Below are positions 18,066 through 28,600 of a stretch of 64,000 nucleotides of DNA, one piece after another. A program made the position numbers and the translations under genes. The notes beneath the pieces are model-generated. The model saw only the letters and a list, made by a program, of their open reading frames with translations. It had not been told where the DNA came from and did not search any database. Numbering within the stretch: position 1 is the stretch's first letter; every line of letters begins with the position of its first letter. The stretch spans positions 13,653 through 77,652 of the forward strand of contig CAMBSD010000010.1 in assembly GCA_945870425.1 (NCBI GenBank), written 5' to 3'. The stretch comes from Chitinophaga pinensis. Its GTDB lineage: Bacteria > Bacteroidota > Bacteroidia > UKL13-3.

Positions 18066-20132
18066 TTATAATGCTATGCTATGTGCACCTGTTTCATTCA
18101 GGTCAACAAATAAAATATTTAATTCCTTTAGTTTATTAGCAAAATACTGACGTTTGCGTGCTGACAAGTCAGAACTTAGTATAAACAAGGCTTCAGGGGT
18201 ATTGGATATTTCATTGAAATCCATAAAAGTTCTTTGTGTGATCAAGATTATGTCATTTTTAGCCACATCTTTCAAGGCAAGCTTGTTTCTATTAATCCAT
18301 AATTTTCTATCTGGTAAATGAATAATGTATGAATGTTCAATACTTCTTTTGTCTATCTTATCAGCTCCTTGCGACCAAATATGTTGTTGCACATGAAAAC
18401 GAAATCTCTCTTCATCATTTATCAAAACACTGTCAGCATAAAAGTAGGATACACCATTTTGAATGATATTAAAAGCGCTGGCTTTAGGAATTTTATAGAA
18501 TGTAATGCTCTTTTTTGTTTGATTAACAAAACTTTCGTATCCATTGTAAACACTGATGGTGAAGCAAAGTGAAAGTGCATACCTCAAATAGCGATGTTTA
18601 ATTTGAATGAACCAGAAAAATACATACAAAATGAGGAGGTAAATCATGATGGTTTCTGCAATGCTTATGTGTATGCCATTTATATATGAATAGGGAATAT
18701 CCTCCACAAGCATGACAATCTTATTGGTGATTATGATGAGCCATTTACTCAAAAATCCTATTATAGAAGCTGTCCAGTCCCAAAAGCTCAAAACCATTAA
18801 TCCAATATCTAGGAATAGGATAATTGTGGTAAGTGGAATGATGATTAGGTTTGAAAATAGAAAGCAAAAAGGGAATTGATGGAAATACAACAATCCAATT
18901 GGAAAGGTAGCAATTTGTGCTGCAATAGATACCGCTGTTATGGTCCAAATTTGATTTGTAATCCAATATTTAGGGGTATACCAATCATAAATTCTTTTTT
19001 GAAAAGTAACTATTCCTAATACTGCCAAATAACTTAGTTGGAAACCCACATTGGCAATGATATTGGTATCAAAAACTAGAATTACAAACGCAGAAGTCGC
19101 AAGCGTATTGTAAATATTAACATCCCGTTTACACAGTTTACCAATAATCATAAAGCTAAACATAACCGTGGCTCTTAAGATAGAAGGAGAGAAGCCACAC
19201 AATAATGAATAAGCCCAAAGTAAAACTAAACTTATAAAAGCCTTAATCAATTGCCCCCATCTTTTTTTGTCTAGGAATAATAAGAGTTTTGAAATGATCC
19301 AAAAGATGATTCCCACGTGCATGCCACTTACTGCCAAAACATGTAAAGTTCCCGTATTTGAGTATGCTTTTACCACATCTGCATCTATGTCATCATCGTA
19401 TCCATATAGCAATGCTTGACTTACTGCCACTTCTGTTTTGGATGAAACAAATTTGTTTAAAACCTCTTTAAAATAGTTTTGTGCTTTGTATGAAAAATCG
19501 AATAGTACATTTTTGTATGACTTACCTGTTTTGATTAAATCATTCACTCGCAAATAACTTTGGTGGTATATATTGTTAAATGCCAAATACCTTTTGTAAT
19601 TGAATTCATAAGGATTTTGGGGAGGAGAGGCTTCTTTATAGTTTGATTTTATCAGTAAAACATCTCCATAATGAATGTTATTGACAATAATACTGTCTTT
19701 TTGAAAATAGATAGCTAAGTTTCCGATACATACTTGCCTATTACCCATACTATCAATGGCACTTATTACCTCAGCCAATGCTTTGTAGGATTTTTTTCTT
19801 TCTAGCAAAGGTTCTTTTATTCGAACCTCTATGTATTGAGATTTATGTTTACTAAAATGATTGGGTTTGAGGATATCTTTTTGTGAAACATGCAATGCAA
19901 TTCCAAAGCAAAAAATGAAAAGATTTAAAGCCAATCCTTTAATCCAATCATGTAAATACGATTTTAGAAATAGCGATAATCCTCCAAACATGGATATGTT
20001 CAGGAGCATCATGATGATGGCTTGTGAATAGCTGAATTCTACAAACATGCTCGAGCCTATACCCAAAATAAAAGGGAAAATGATCCTTACAAAAGGAACT
20101 TGGTGCCAATATGAGTGAAATGAGGTGTTCAC
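18066..20132 (-). CDS. comEC: ComEC/Rec2 competence protein
   Basis: PPQNPYEFNYKRYL, GTLHVLAVSGMHVG, SPSILRA, GFQLSY. Confidence 0.93.
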   Translation of the reverse strand: MNTSFHSYWHQVPFVRIIFPFILGIGSSMFVEFSYSQAIIMMLLNISMFGGLSLFLKSYLHDWIKGLALNLFIFCFGIALHVSQKDILKPNHFSKHKSQYIEVRIKEPLLERKKSYKALAEVISAIDSMGNRQVCIGNLAIYFQKDSIIVNNIHYGDVLLIKSNYKEASPPQNPYEFNYKRYLAFNNIYHQSYLRVNDLIKTGKSYKNVLFDFSYKAQNYFKEVLNKFVSSKTEVAVSQALLYGYDDDIDADVVKAYSNTGTLHVLAVSGMHVGIIFWIISKLLLFLDKKRWGQLIKAFISLVLLWAYSLLCGFSPSILRATVMFSFMIIGKLCKRDVNIYNTLATSAFVILVFDTNIIANVGFQLSYLAVLGIVTFQKRIYDWYTPKYWITNQIWTITAVSIAAQIATFPIGLLYFHQFPFCFLFSNLIIIPLTTIILFLDIGLMVLSFWDWTASIIGFLSKWLIIITNKIVMLVEDIPYSYINGIHISIAETIMIYLLILYVFFWFIQIKHRYLRYALSLCFTISVYNGYESFVNQTKKSITFYKIPKASAFNIIQNGVSYFYADSVLINDEERFRFHVQQHIWSQGADKIDKRSIEHSYIIHLPDRKLWINRNKLALKDVAKNDIILITQRTFMDFNEISNTPEALFILSSDLSARKRQYFANKLKELNILFVDLNETGAHSIAL

Positions 20133-20217
20133 TTATTTGTATTAAAAACAGCTAATGTGGGTTGATAAATACCAATAATGATTTCAAAGAAAGTAATTTA
20201 GCTGAAATTTTAAAACC

Positions 20218-20673
20218 ATGTATCAAACATTACTTTTACTTCACAATGCACTTCGCTGGGTATTTTTACTCTTAGCTGTTTACACCATTTTAAAGGCACT
20301 TATGGGTGTTATTAATAAAACTCCTTTTGGTCCTGAAGACAACAAAGCAGCTAAATTCTTTATTATGGTCTGCCATACGCAATTATTGTTGGGACTAATA
20401 TTATACTTCACAAGCCCCGTTATTAAATCTTATATGGATTTAGGAATGGGTGTTGCCATGAAAGATAAATTGATGAGATTGCAATTGGTAGAGCATCCAT
20501 TAACAATGATTATTGGTGTTGCTATTATACAAACAGGTAAAATAAAAGTGCGCAAAGCCTATGAAGATACCGTAAAGCACAAACGCAGTTTGATTTTTTA
20601 CAGTATTGGCTTGATATTGATTTTATCAAGAATTCCTTGGGGAAATGCTCCTCTACTTAGAGGTATGGAATAA
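20218..20673 (+). CDS. Four-TM membrane protein, cytochrome b-like hypothetical
   Basis: LHNALRW, CHTQLLLG, VEHPLTM, RIPW; His residues 9, 53 and 93 in or near TM helices. Confidence 0.7.
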   Translation: MYQTLLLLHNALRWVFLLLAVYTILKALMGVINKTPFGPEDNKAAKFFIMVCHTQLLLGLILYFTSPVIKSYMDLGMGVAMKDKLMRLQLVEHPLTMIIGVAIIQTGKIKVRKAYEDTVKHKRSLIFYSIGLILILSRIPWGNAPLLRGME

Positions 20674-20700
20674 AAAAAGCCCTTGAAAACAAGGGCTTTA
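20674..20700. terminator. Bidirectional terminator between the membrane gene and tRNA-Cys
   Basis: aaagcccttg-aaaa-caagggcttt with an A-tract on the left. Confidence 0.8.
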
Positions 20701-20703
20701 ATG

Positions 20704-20774
20704 AGGACTCGAGCAGATTCGAACTGCTGTAGGAGCTTTTGCAGAGCTCAGCCTAGCCGCTCGGCCACGAGTCC
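20704..20774 (-). tRNA. tRNA-Cys (GCA)
   Basis: Minus strand GGACTCG...CGAGTCC acceptor stem, anticodon loop CTGCAAA, T-arm AGCAG-TTCGAAT-CTGCT, discriminator U, CCA not encoded; TATATTTG box upstream at 20786-20793. Confidence 0.97.
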
Positions 20775-20893
20775 TTTTGCGGGTGCAAATATAGAAAAAA
20801 TACTTTGTCAAAGAAGTTTTTATGAAAATCTATTCTAAAACACTAATTCATTAGCTAAAAAATTATATTTGTCAAATATTAATTAACAAAAAC

Positions 20894-21337
20894 ATGAAAA
20901 AAATAATAGTAAGCTTTTCGCTGTTTTTTGCGCTAACAGCATTTGTTTCAGCTCAAAACTTTGGTTCAAAAATTACAAAAAAAGGTGCTGTTTCATTATC
21001 AGAAATGAAAAAGAAAATGGGCAGCAAAAAAGAAATGACTACCAAAGTGACAGCTAAAATAGAAGACGTTTGTCAGAAAAAAGGTTGTTGGATGAATTTG
21101 GTTGACAATAAAGGAAACAAAATCAGAGTAACTTTTAAAGACTATGCTTTCTTTATGCCTAAGGATGCTGCCGGTAAAACCGCTATTGTTGAGGGTATTG
21201 CCATGGTTGATGAAACAAGTATAGCTGATTTGAAAGAGTATGCTAAAGATGCAGGCAAGACCAAAGAAGATATAGCTAAAATCAGAGAGCCTAAGCGCGA
21301 ATTGGTATTCGAGGCGAGTGGCGTTATTTTAAAATAA
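20894..21337 (+). CDS. DUF4920 domain protein
   Basis: VCQKKGCWM, VTFKDYAFFMPKD, FEASGV. Confidence 0.88.
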   Translation: MKKIIVSFSLFFALTAFVSAQNFGSKITKKGAVSLSEMKKKMGSKKEMTTKVTAKIEDVCQKKGCWMNLVDNKGNKIRVTFKDYAFFMPKDAAGKTAIVEGIAMVDETSIADLKEYAKDAGKTKEDIAKIREPKRELVFEASGVILK

Positions 21338-21358
21338 TCAATATAAAACTAATTTTGG

Positions 21359-21392
21359 GAAACGAGATGCTGCAAAGTGTCTCGTTTTTTTT
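21359..21392 (+). terminator. Rho-independent terminator
   Basis: gaaacgagatgc-tgcaaa-gtgtctcgttttttt. Confidence 0.75.
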
Positions 21393-21403
21393 ATGTTTGA
21401 TGC

Positions 21404-21904
21404 ATGAAAAAGATAGTTTACAGCCTTTTTGCACTTACCATGCTATCTATGGTATTTTTTGCTTGTGGTGGAAATCAAAATAAGGAAAACAAGAACATAG
21501 CCGACTCAAGTCAAGTGATTGTTGATAGCACAAAGTCAGATTCTTCTTGTAGTTCTGAAACCATAATGGATCCTAACAATGCCAAACCTATGGCATTAAT
21601 GATGCGAGCTTTGGTAAAAAATACATCGGAAATGAGAGAAAAATTGAAAGCAGGTGAAACTTTAGAAACGGCCAAATACCCATTGGTGAGGTTTTGGTTA
21701 GTAGAACCTACCGATCCAGATGTTTTAGAACCTCAATTTTTTGAGAACGCTAGATTGTTTTCAGAATCATATAAAAAATTATCTGCCTCACATGATAATG
21801 CATCGCAAATAAAAGCATACAACGCAGTAATTGGCATGTGTATTAATTGTCATGAAAGTTATTGTAGTGGTCCATTAAAAAGAATTAGAAAATTACCTAT
21901 TTAG
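21404..21904 (+). CDS. Lipoprotein with a single C-terminal CxxCH heme-c motif (cytochrome c'-like)
   Basis: Lipobox FFAC; MALMMRAL helix; CINCH followed by YCSGP. Confidence 0.75.
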   Translation: MKKIVYSLFALTMLSMVFFACGGNQNKENKNIADSSQVIVDSTKSDSSCSSETIMDPNNAKPMALMMRALVKNTSEMREKLKAGETLETAKYPLVRFWLVEPTDPDVLEPQFFENARLFSESYKKLSASHDNASQIKAYNAVIGMCINCHESYCSGPLKRIRKLPI

Positions 21905-21944
21905 TTTAGTTCATATTTTCAAATAGCATTAAATCAACCAACGC

Positions 21945-22760
21945 ATGAGTACTTACAAGGAAATAAAAAAAGTGACTACACATACCCTGCAAGAAATGAA
22001 ATTGAGGGGTGAGAAAATTAGTATGTTAACAGCCTACGATTATAGTATGGCCAAGATATTTGATGCTGCTAAAATAGATGTCCTGCTTGTGGGAGATAGC
22101 GCCAGTAATGTGATGCACGGACATGAAACTACGCTACCAATTACGTTGGATGAAATGATAAGTCATGCGGCTTCCGTTATCAGAGCAGTTGATCGCTCTT
22201 TGGTTGTGGTTGATTTGCCTTTTGGAAGCTATCAAGGTAATTCGAAGGAAGCTTTGAATTCTGCTATTCGAATTATGAAAGAAGCTGAGGCCCATGCTGT
22301 GAAATTAGAAGGTGGATTAGAGGTGGTAGAATCAATTAAAAGAATATTAACTGCAGGCATACCCGTAATGGGACATTTAGGTTTAACACCACAAAGTATA
22401 TATAAATTTGGTACTTATGAGGTAAGAGCTAAAGAGGAGGCAGAAGCTGATAGATTGTTAAATGATGCCCGGTTATTAGAAGAAGCAGGCTGCTTTTCAA
22501 TAGTGCTTGAAAAAATACCATCTAAACTTGCGAAACAAGTGGCTGAAATGGTTAAAATTCCAGTTATAGGAATAGGTGCTGGACCTCATGTGGATGGGCA
22601 GGTTTTGGTTAGTCATGATATGCTTGGCATTAATAAAGATTTTTCACCCAAATTTTTGCGCAGGTATTTAAGCTTATATGATGTGATAAAAGAGGCTGTT
22701 GAACAATATATATCAGATGTGAAATCTGTTGATTTTCCTAACGAGAAAGAGCAATATTAA
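21945..22760 (+). CDS. panB: 3-methyl-2-oxobutanoate hydroxymethyltransferase
   Basis: [32 protein letters not shown]. Confidence 0.98.
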   Translation: MSTYKEIKKVTTHTLQEMKLRGEKISMLTAYDYSMAKIFDAAKIDVLLVGDSASNVMHGHETTLPITLDEMISHAASVIRAVDRSLVVVDLPFGSYQGNSKEALNSAIRIMKEAEAHAVKLEGGLEVVESIKRILTAGIPVMGHLGLTPQSIYKFGTYEVRAKEEAEADRLLNDARLLEEAGCFSIVLEKIPSKLAKQVAEMVKIPVIGIGAGPHVDGQVLVSHDMLGINKDFSPKFLRRYLSLYDVIKEAVEQYISDVKSVDFPNEKEQY

Positions 22761-22787
22761 TGCTCTTTCATTTCTAGATTTATTTAA

Positions 22788-23441
22788 ATGCCCGATATAA
22801 TTTTTGAAGACAATCATCTAATAGCTGCCGTAAAAAGGAGCGGGCAAACGGTTCAACCTGAGCCTAACAAACCTTTGAGTTTAGAAGAAGAGGTGAAGTC
22901 CTACATCAAACAAAGCAGTAATAAACCCGGTGATGTTTTTCTTGGGGTTATTCATCGAATTGATATGCCTGTTTCCGGTTTGGTATTGTTTGCAAAAACA
23001 AGTAAGGCTTTGACGAGAATGAATGAGATTTTTCAAAAACGAGAAGTTGAAAAATATTATATAGTGAAGGTGCATAACAAACCTGCTCATCATAAAGAAA
23101 TTATTACCCATTGGCTTAGGCGTGATGAAAAAAAGAATATCACCAAAGCATTTGATGAAGAGGTAACACACAGCACAAAGGCTCAATTGGAATATGAATT
23201 ACTTGAAACATCAGGCAGGTTTAGTGTATTAAAAATTCGATTGCTCACAGGTCGCAAACACCAGATTAGAGCGCAACTTGCATATATTGGTTGTTCGATA
23301 GAAGGAGATATGAAATATGGAGCGCCTTCTCCTATGAAAGACCAAAGTATTTCATTACATTCTTACAGTCTGAAATTTGTGCATCCCGTAAAAAAAGATG
23401 AATTAGAATTGATAGCCCCATCAAAAATAAAATTGAATTAA
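22788..23441 (+). CDS. RluA family pseudouridine synthase
   Basis: IHRIDMPVSGLVLFAKT, TGRKHQIRAQL, GDMKYG. Confidence 0.93.
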   Translation: MPDIIFEDNHLIAAVKRSGQTVQPEPNKPLSLEEEVKSYIKQSSNKPGDVFLGVIHRIDMPVSGLVLFAKTSKALTRMNEIFQKREVEKYYIVKVHNKPAHHKEIITHWLRRDEKKNITKAFDEEVTHSTKAQLEYELLETSGRFSVLKIRLLTGRKHQIRAQLAYIGCSIEGDMKYGAPSPMKDQSISLHSYSLKFVHPVKKDELELIAPSKIKLN

Positions 23442-23444
23442 TCC

Positions 23445-24518
23445 ATGAGGCTTGTTGTTTTCACCATATTGTTTTTAATAGGTACTTCAACATTTGCACA
23501 AAATGATTTTTACAAATTAAATTTTGGCTTACAATCCGCTATTGGATTTGCTTGGGCGCATGATGATAAGGTAAGTACAATAAAAGACACCTATTTATCA
23601 AACCTTACTTTTGAAATAAGCAAATACCATTTCGGAAACATGGCTGAAAAATTGTGTAAAAAAGGCTATTACAATGGTTTTCAATTTTCTTATTTCCGTT
23701 TTAATAATGATATTCTAGGGCATTCTTACATTGCTTCCTATTTTTTAGAACCCATTTTATTAAAAACAGAAAACATAAAATTAAGTCTAAGGGCAGCTTT
23801 GGGTTTGGCATATGCTAACAATCCCCATGATAGCATTACCAATCCACTAAATAAAAATTATAGTTTATATGTGAATCCATACCTTAATTTAGGTTTAAAT
23901 GTAAGATACCAAATAAACGGAGGTAGCGCTATTAAAGCTTGCGTGCACTATAACCACATTTCAAATGGCAATATACAAGACCCTAATTATGGTTTAAATT
24001 TTCCTAGTATGAGTCTAGGAATAGAAAAAACAATAAATACCTATAAAAACACTCAAAAGATAATAGATGAAAAGTCAAATTGGCGTTTGGACTTAGCTTT
24101 ATTTGCTAGTAACAAAAGCAGCACACTAAGCCTGAAAGATAGATTTTGGGTATATGGATTAGGTTTGAATCTGAGTAGAAAAGTAAATTTACTTCATGCC
24201 TATACTATTGGTGCAGAATGTATGGCTGATGAATCTGTTCGGTTTTTATACCAAATGGAGTTACGAAAAGGAAGAAGTTTTTATCGTTTAGGAGCCAATG
24301 TTGGACATGAATTCTTATTAGGTAGCAAATTTATATTTAGTCAACAAATTGGAGTTTATATATTCAATCAAACCCCTTATATTTCTTGGATATACCATCG
24401 ATGGGGTCTTAATTACAAACTGACGGAAAATATTATGATTGGATCTAATCTTTTAGCGGATTTGCAAAAAGCAAATTTCCTGGATTTGAGAATGACATAC
24501 AGCATTATCAAAAAATAA
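23445..24518 (+). CDS. Acyloxyacyl hydrolase / PagL-like outer-membrane beta-barrel
   Basis: Signal peptide, YNHISNG..QDPNYGLN catalytic-type motif, alternating beta-strand pattern. Confidence 0.75.
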   Translation: MRLVVFTILFLIGTSTFAQNDFYKLNFGLQSAIGFAWAHDDKVSTIKDTYLSNLTFEISKYHFGNMAEKLCKKGYYNGFQFSYFRFNNDILGHSYIASYFLEPILLKTENIKLSLRAALGLAYANNPHDSITNPLNKNYSLYVNPYLNLGLNVRYQINGGSAIKACVHYNHISNGNIQDPNYGLNFPSMSLGIEKTINTYKNTQKIIDEKSNWRLDLALFASNKSSTLSLKDRFWVYGLGLNLSRKVNLLHAYTIGAECMADESVRFLYQMELRKGRSFYRLGANVGHEFLLGSKFIFSQQIGVYIFNQTPYISWIYHRWGLNYKLTENIMIGSNLLADLQKANFLDLRMTYSIIKK

Positions 24519-24645
24519 AAAATATTGAATTAAGAATAGTTGAAAAAAAATGCCAAGTATGCAACCAATTTTCTAGAATAGTTTACTTCTTATTAAATAA
24601 AAGTAATTTTATTGAAAAATATTATAGATTGGTGGCGGAATTTTG

Positions 24646-25587
24646 ATGCCAATGCAAGTAATAATTGTGGATGATGTTCATCCAATTCTAATAAATGGTT
24701 TGAAGGAAGATAATTTCATAGTTGATTATTTGCCTGGTGCGAGTGAGAATGAAATACTTTCTGTTATTCAGAATTATGAAGGCATAGTAGTGAGGAGTAA
24801 ATTGCAATTGGGTGAACAAGTTTTATCCAAAGGTTCAAAACTAAAATGGATTGCTAGGGCAGGAAGTGGAATGGATAATGTGGATGTTGAATTTGCAACT
24901 AGAAATAATATTATTTGTTTGAATGCTGCAGAAGCCAATGCAGATTCAGTAGGTGAACATACGGTGGGCATGTTGCTATCATTGATGCACAAATTAAATC
25001 AAGCTGATCTTCAGGTAAGAGCCAGTATCTGGGATAGGGAAGGAAACAGAGGCGTTGAAATAAGTAGCAAAACCATTGGTATTGTGGGTTTTGGGCATAC
25101 AGGGAAATCCGTTGCCAAGAAACTAAGTGGTTTTGGATGTAAGATTTTGGTCTATGATAAGTATCTTGAGAATTATGGAACTGGGAATACCCAACAATCT
25201 GAAATGGACCAAATTTTTGAGGAATGTGATATCATTACTTTTCATGTTCCATTGACCAAAGAAACAAAAGGGATGGTAGATAATATTTACCTAAATCGCT
25301 TCAAAAAGTCGATTTATTTGCTGAATTTGAGCCGAGGAAAGGTAATTAGGACAAAAGATTTGGTGAAGTGTATGGAAAGTGGAAAAGTTTTGGGAGTGGC
25401 CTTGGACGTCTTGGAAAATGAAAAAATTGGAAAATTGAGTGAGGATGAAAAAGAGTGGTTTGAATATTTAATTCACTCAAAGCGAACACTTTTAGCCCCT
25501 CATGTGGGGGGGTGGAGTAAAGAAAGCTATCAAAAAATTTCTGAATCGTTATTGTTGAAAATAAAAGAATTAAAGAGCAAAATTTAA
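24646..25587 (+). CDS. D-2-hydroxyacid / phosphoglycerate dehydrogenase family protein
   Basis: IARAGSGMDNVD, GIVGFGHTG, FHVPLT, NLSRG, APHVGG. Confidence 0.9.
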   Translation: MPMQVIIVDDVHPILINGLKEDNFIVDYLPGASENEILSVIQNYEGIVVRSKLQLGEQVLSKGSKLKWIARAGSGMDNVDVEFATRNNIICLNAAEANADSVGEHTVGMLLSLMHKLNQADLQVRASIWDREGNRGVEISSKTIGIVGFGHTGKSVAKKLSGFGCKILVYDKYLENYGTGNTQQSEMDQIFEECDIITFHVPLTKETKGMVDNIYLNRFKKSIYLLNLSRGKVIRTKDLVKCMESGKVLGVALDVLENEKIGKLSEDEKEWFEYLIHSKRTLLAPHVGGWSKESYQKISESLLLKIKELKSKI

Positions 25588-25687
25588 ATTACTTAAAAGG
25601 CAAATAGAGATGATAGTTGATAAATTAAATTAATCTGCTTTTATTTACCACCTTTTAGTAAGCGTAATAAATTAATAAATCTGTAAT

Positions 25688-28600
25688 ATGATGAAAAAAA
25701 TATACATCCTACTCATTGCATTATTTGCCATTCACTTTGCGGCACAAGCACAGTCTGGTTTTGGCGAAATCCGTGGTAAAGTAATTGATGAAAAGACTAA
25801 GAAACCTATGGATTATGTTACGGTAACAGCCTATTTGAATGGTATTGCCAAAGCATCCACCCAAACAGATGACGAAGGTGGTTATACTTTCAAAACGCTT
25901 CAAGTTGGAGAATACAGCATTAAAGCCTACTACTCTGGTTACCCGCTTCAAACAGTTACTGATATTGGTGTAAATCCTGATGGAATTACATTTGTAAATG
26001 TTACAATGGAGCAAAATGTTAATCTGAAAGAAGTTGTAATTAAAGACAAACCTGCCTTGATTAGAAAAGATGGTGTGAGTGGTGCTCAATTTAACGCTGC
26101 CAAGATTATGGCCTTGCCACAACGTAACGTAAATGCAGTTGCAAATTTAACAGCTGGTGTTGAAAGTCGTGGTGGTGCTACGCCAAACATACGTGGTGGA
26201 CGTTCTGAAAATACTGCCTATTATATTGACGGTATTCGTGTGCAAGGCGGATCTAGTACAGGTATCGCTTCAAATGCTATTGACCAAATCCAAGTAATTA
26301 CGGGTGGTACACCGGCACAATATGGTGACTTTATTGGTGGGGCTATCTCAATCACAACAAAAGCCCCAACTAAAAGATTTATTCGTTCAATAGAATATAC
26401 TACTTCAACTCCTTTTACGGGTTATTTAGATAACTCGCAATTTAACCAATTAGAGGGCGTATTGTCGGGCCCACTTAAAATAATAAACAAAGGTAAAGGT
26501 GATAAAGAAAGAGTTTTGATTGGATTTTTACTTTCTACCAATATCAACTACCAATTAGATGGTCGCTTACCTTCAACAGATATTTATAAAGTAAACGACA
26601 CCAAATTAGCCGAATTACAAGCACGTCCTTTGACATTGGCTTCAAATGGTTCGTTGGTTTATTCTGCTGAATTCCTGCGAAAAACAGATTTGGAAAAGGT
26701 TGATTACCGACAAAATGTTCCGCAATATGCTATCAATTTGCAAGGTAACTTCAATTTCCAACCTGCCGAGAATATAAACATACGTTTAGGATATCAAGGT
26801 AATTATTTTAACGGTCGCGACTATAGCTATTATAGTTCTTTGATGAATGCTTCCAACAATCCTTTAAGAAATGATTATACTGTAAGAGCTTATTTACAAT
26901 TCACTCAAACTTTCAACAAAAAGAAAGATGAAGAGAAGGATAAAAAAGAAGCTAAAGGTGGCATAACAGATGCATTCTACACTGTTAGGGTTTCCTATGA
27001 AAATCGATTCGTTGAAGTGATGGATGCAGTTCACCAAAAGAATTTCTTTGATTATGGTTATATCGGACAATTCAAAACCTATAAAGCACCAGCTTTCGAA
27101 AGAATTAGTAAGTCATTTGGTCAAGCCCCTGATACTTTTAAAGTGAATGGAAATGATTATTATTTAACCAGTTATTGGAAGCAAAACTCCTTTAGAGACA
27201 CAGCTTATAGATTTGTTCCTGGTGATGCAAACCCAGTTTTAGCAAATTACACTAAAACTGTTTATGACTTGCTAGGAAACAGTAATATACGCACAGTGGA
27301 TGACTTATTAGGTTCTCGCGGTTTGACAAACGGAAGTCAGCCTGATGGTATTTATTCATTTATGTGGGGTAATGTGGGAACCAACCAAGCTTCATATGCT
27401 AAATTAAATAATGAAACCTATTCGGCATATATTATGAGTGAAGCGAGTGTTGCGCCAAAAAGTAATCCTAAAGCTAAGCACGATTTGCAATTCGGTATTA
27501 ATATAGAGCAACAGTACAATAGATCATACAGTTTAGGTGCTGTAGGTTTATGGACAGCCATGAGACAATTAGCTAATGAGAAATTCCCAGGCGAAGGTAA
27601 CTTAGACCCTGCTACCGCTAAACTAAAATTTGATGCCAACGGTGTTTTCCAAGATACTGTAACCTTTGATAGAGCAGTTGCTGATAGCTTAACCAATCAA
27701 TTTGGTGAAAACTTAAGAAATAAATTGCGTGATATGGGAGCCACCGACATTTCTGGAAGACCTATTGATAGTAAGTCTTACATTGATGTTAATTCATACA
27801 ATCCTAATACCTTCTCTTTAGATATGTTCAGTGCAAATGATTTATTAAGAAATGGTGTAGGTTCATTAGTTAGTTATAATGGATATGACTATTTAGGAAA
27901 TAGAGTGGGCGGACAACCTGGGATCAAAGATTGGATTAAAAACAGAGCATTACCAGCATATCAGCCAACATACGCTGCAGCTTGGTTCCAAGATAAATTT
28001 GTATTTAAAGATTTAATTTTACGTTTAGGTGTGCGTGTTGAAAGGTTTGATGCAAATCAACCTGTGTTAAAAGATCCATTTTCATTGGTTCCAATCTATA
28101 CCGCTGGAGATGTTAAAAACGGCAATATCAAAGGATTGGCAAGTCAAATACCAAGTACCATTGGTGATGGATATGCGGTATATGTTGACAGAGCAGGTGT
28201 AGACCAAGCCCTATCGAATAACAACATTAATATAACTGGATTTAGAAGTGGCGATAAGTGGTATGATAAAAATGGTAATTATGTATCAGACCCAAATACT
28301 TTGAATAAAAACTATCAAACCTTAAATGGACAAAATGCTCCATTATTGGTTGATCCAACCAAACCTGAAACACCAACTGAAAATTCATTTAAAGATTATG
28401 TTCCGGATGTAAAAGTTTCTCCTCGCGTTTGGTTCTCGTTCCCTATTTCAACAACATCGCAGTTCTTCGGTACTTACGATATCTTAACGCAAAGACCTGC
28501 AGCTGCTGGATTTAGTCCAAACAACGCACAATTTGATGATTATTTCTTCTTACAATATAGAAGAGGTGGAGCTATCAATAATCCTGATTTGAAATTTACA

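Noticed and set aside
18066-20132. ComEC lacking a clear C-terminal metallo-beta-lactamase motif
   Set aside because: To my knowledge this is common for Bacteroidota ComEC, so not evidence of pseudogenisation.
20704-20774. tRNA-Cys as an integration site for an island
   Set aside because: No integrase and no duplicated tRNA 3' end seen; flanking genes look like core genes.
20218-21904. Cytochrome b-like protein, DUF4920 and heme-c lipoprotein as one redox module
   Set aside because: They are separated by terminators and an opposite-strand tRNA, so co-function is unsupported.
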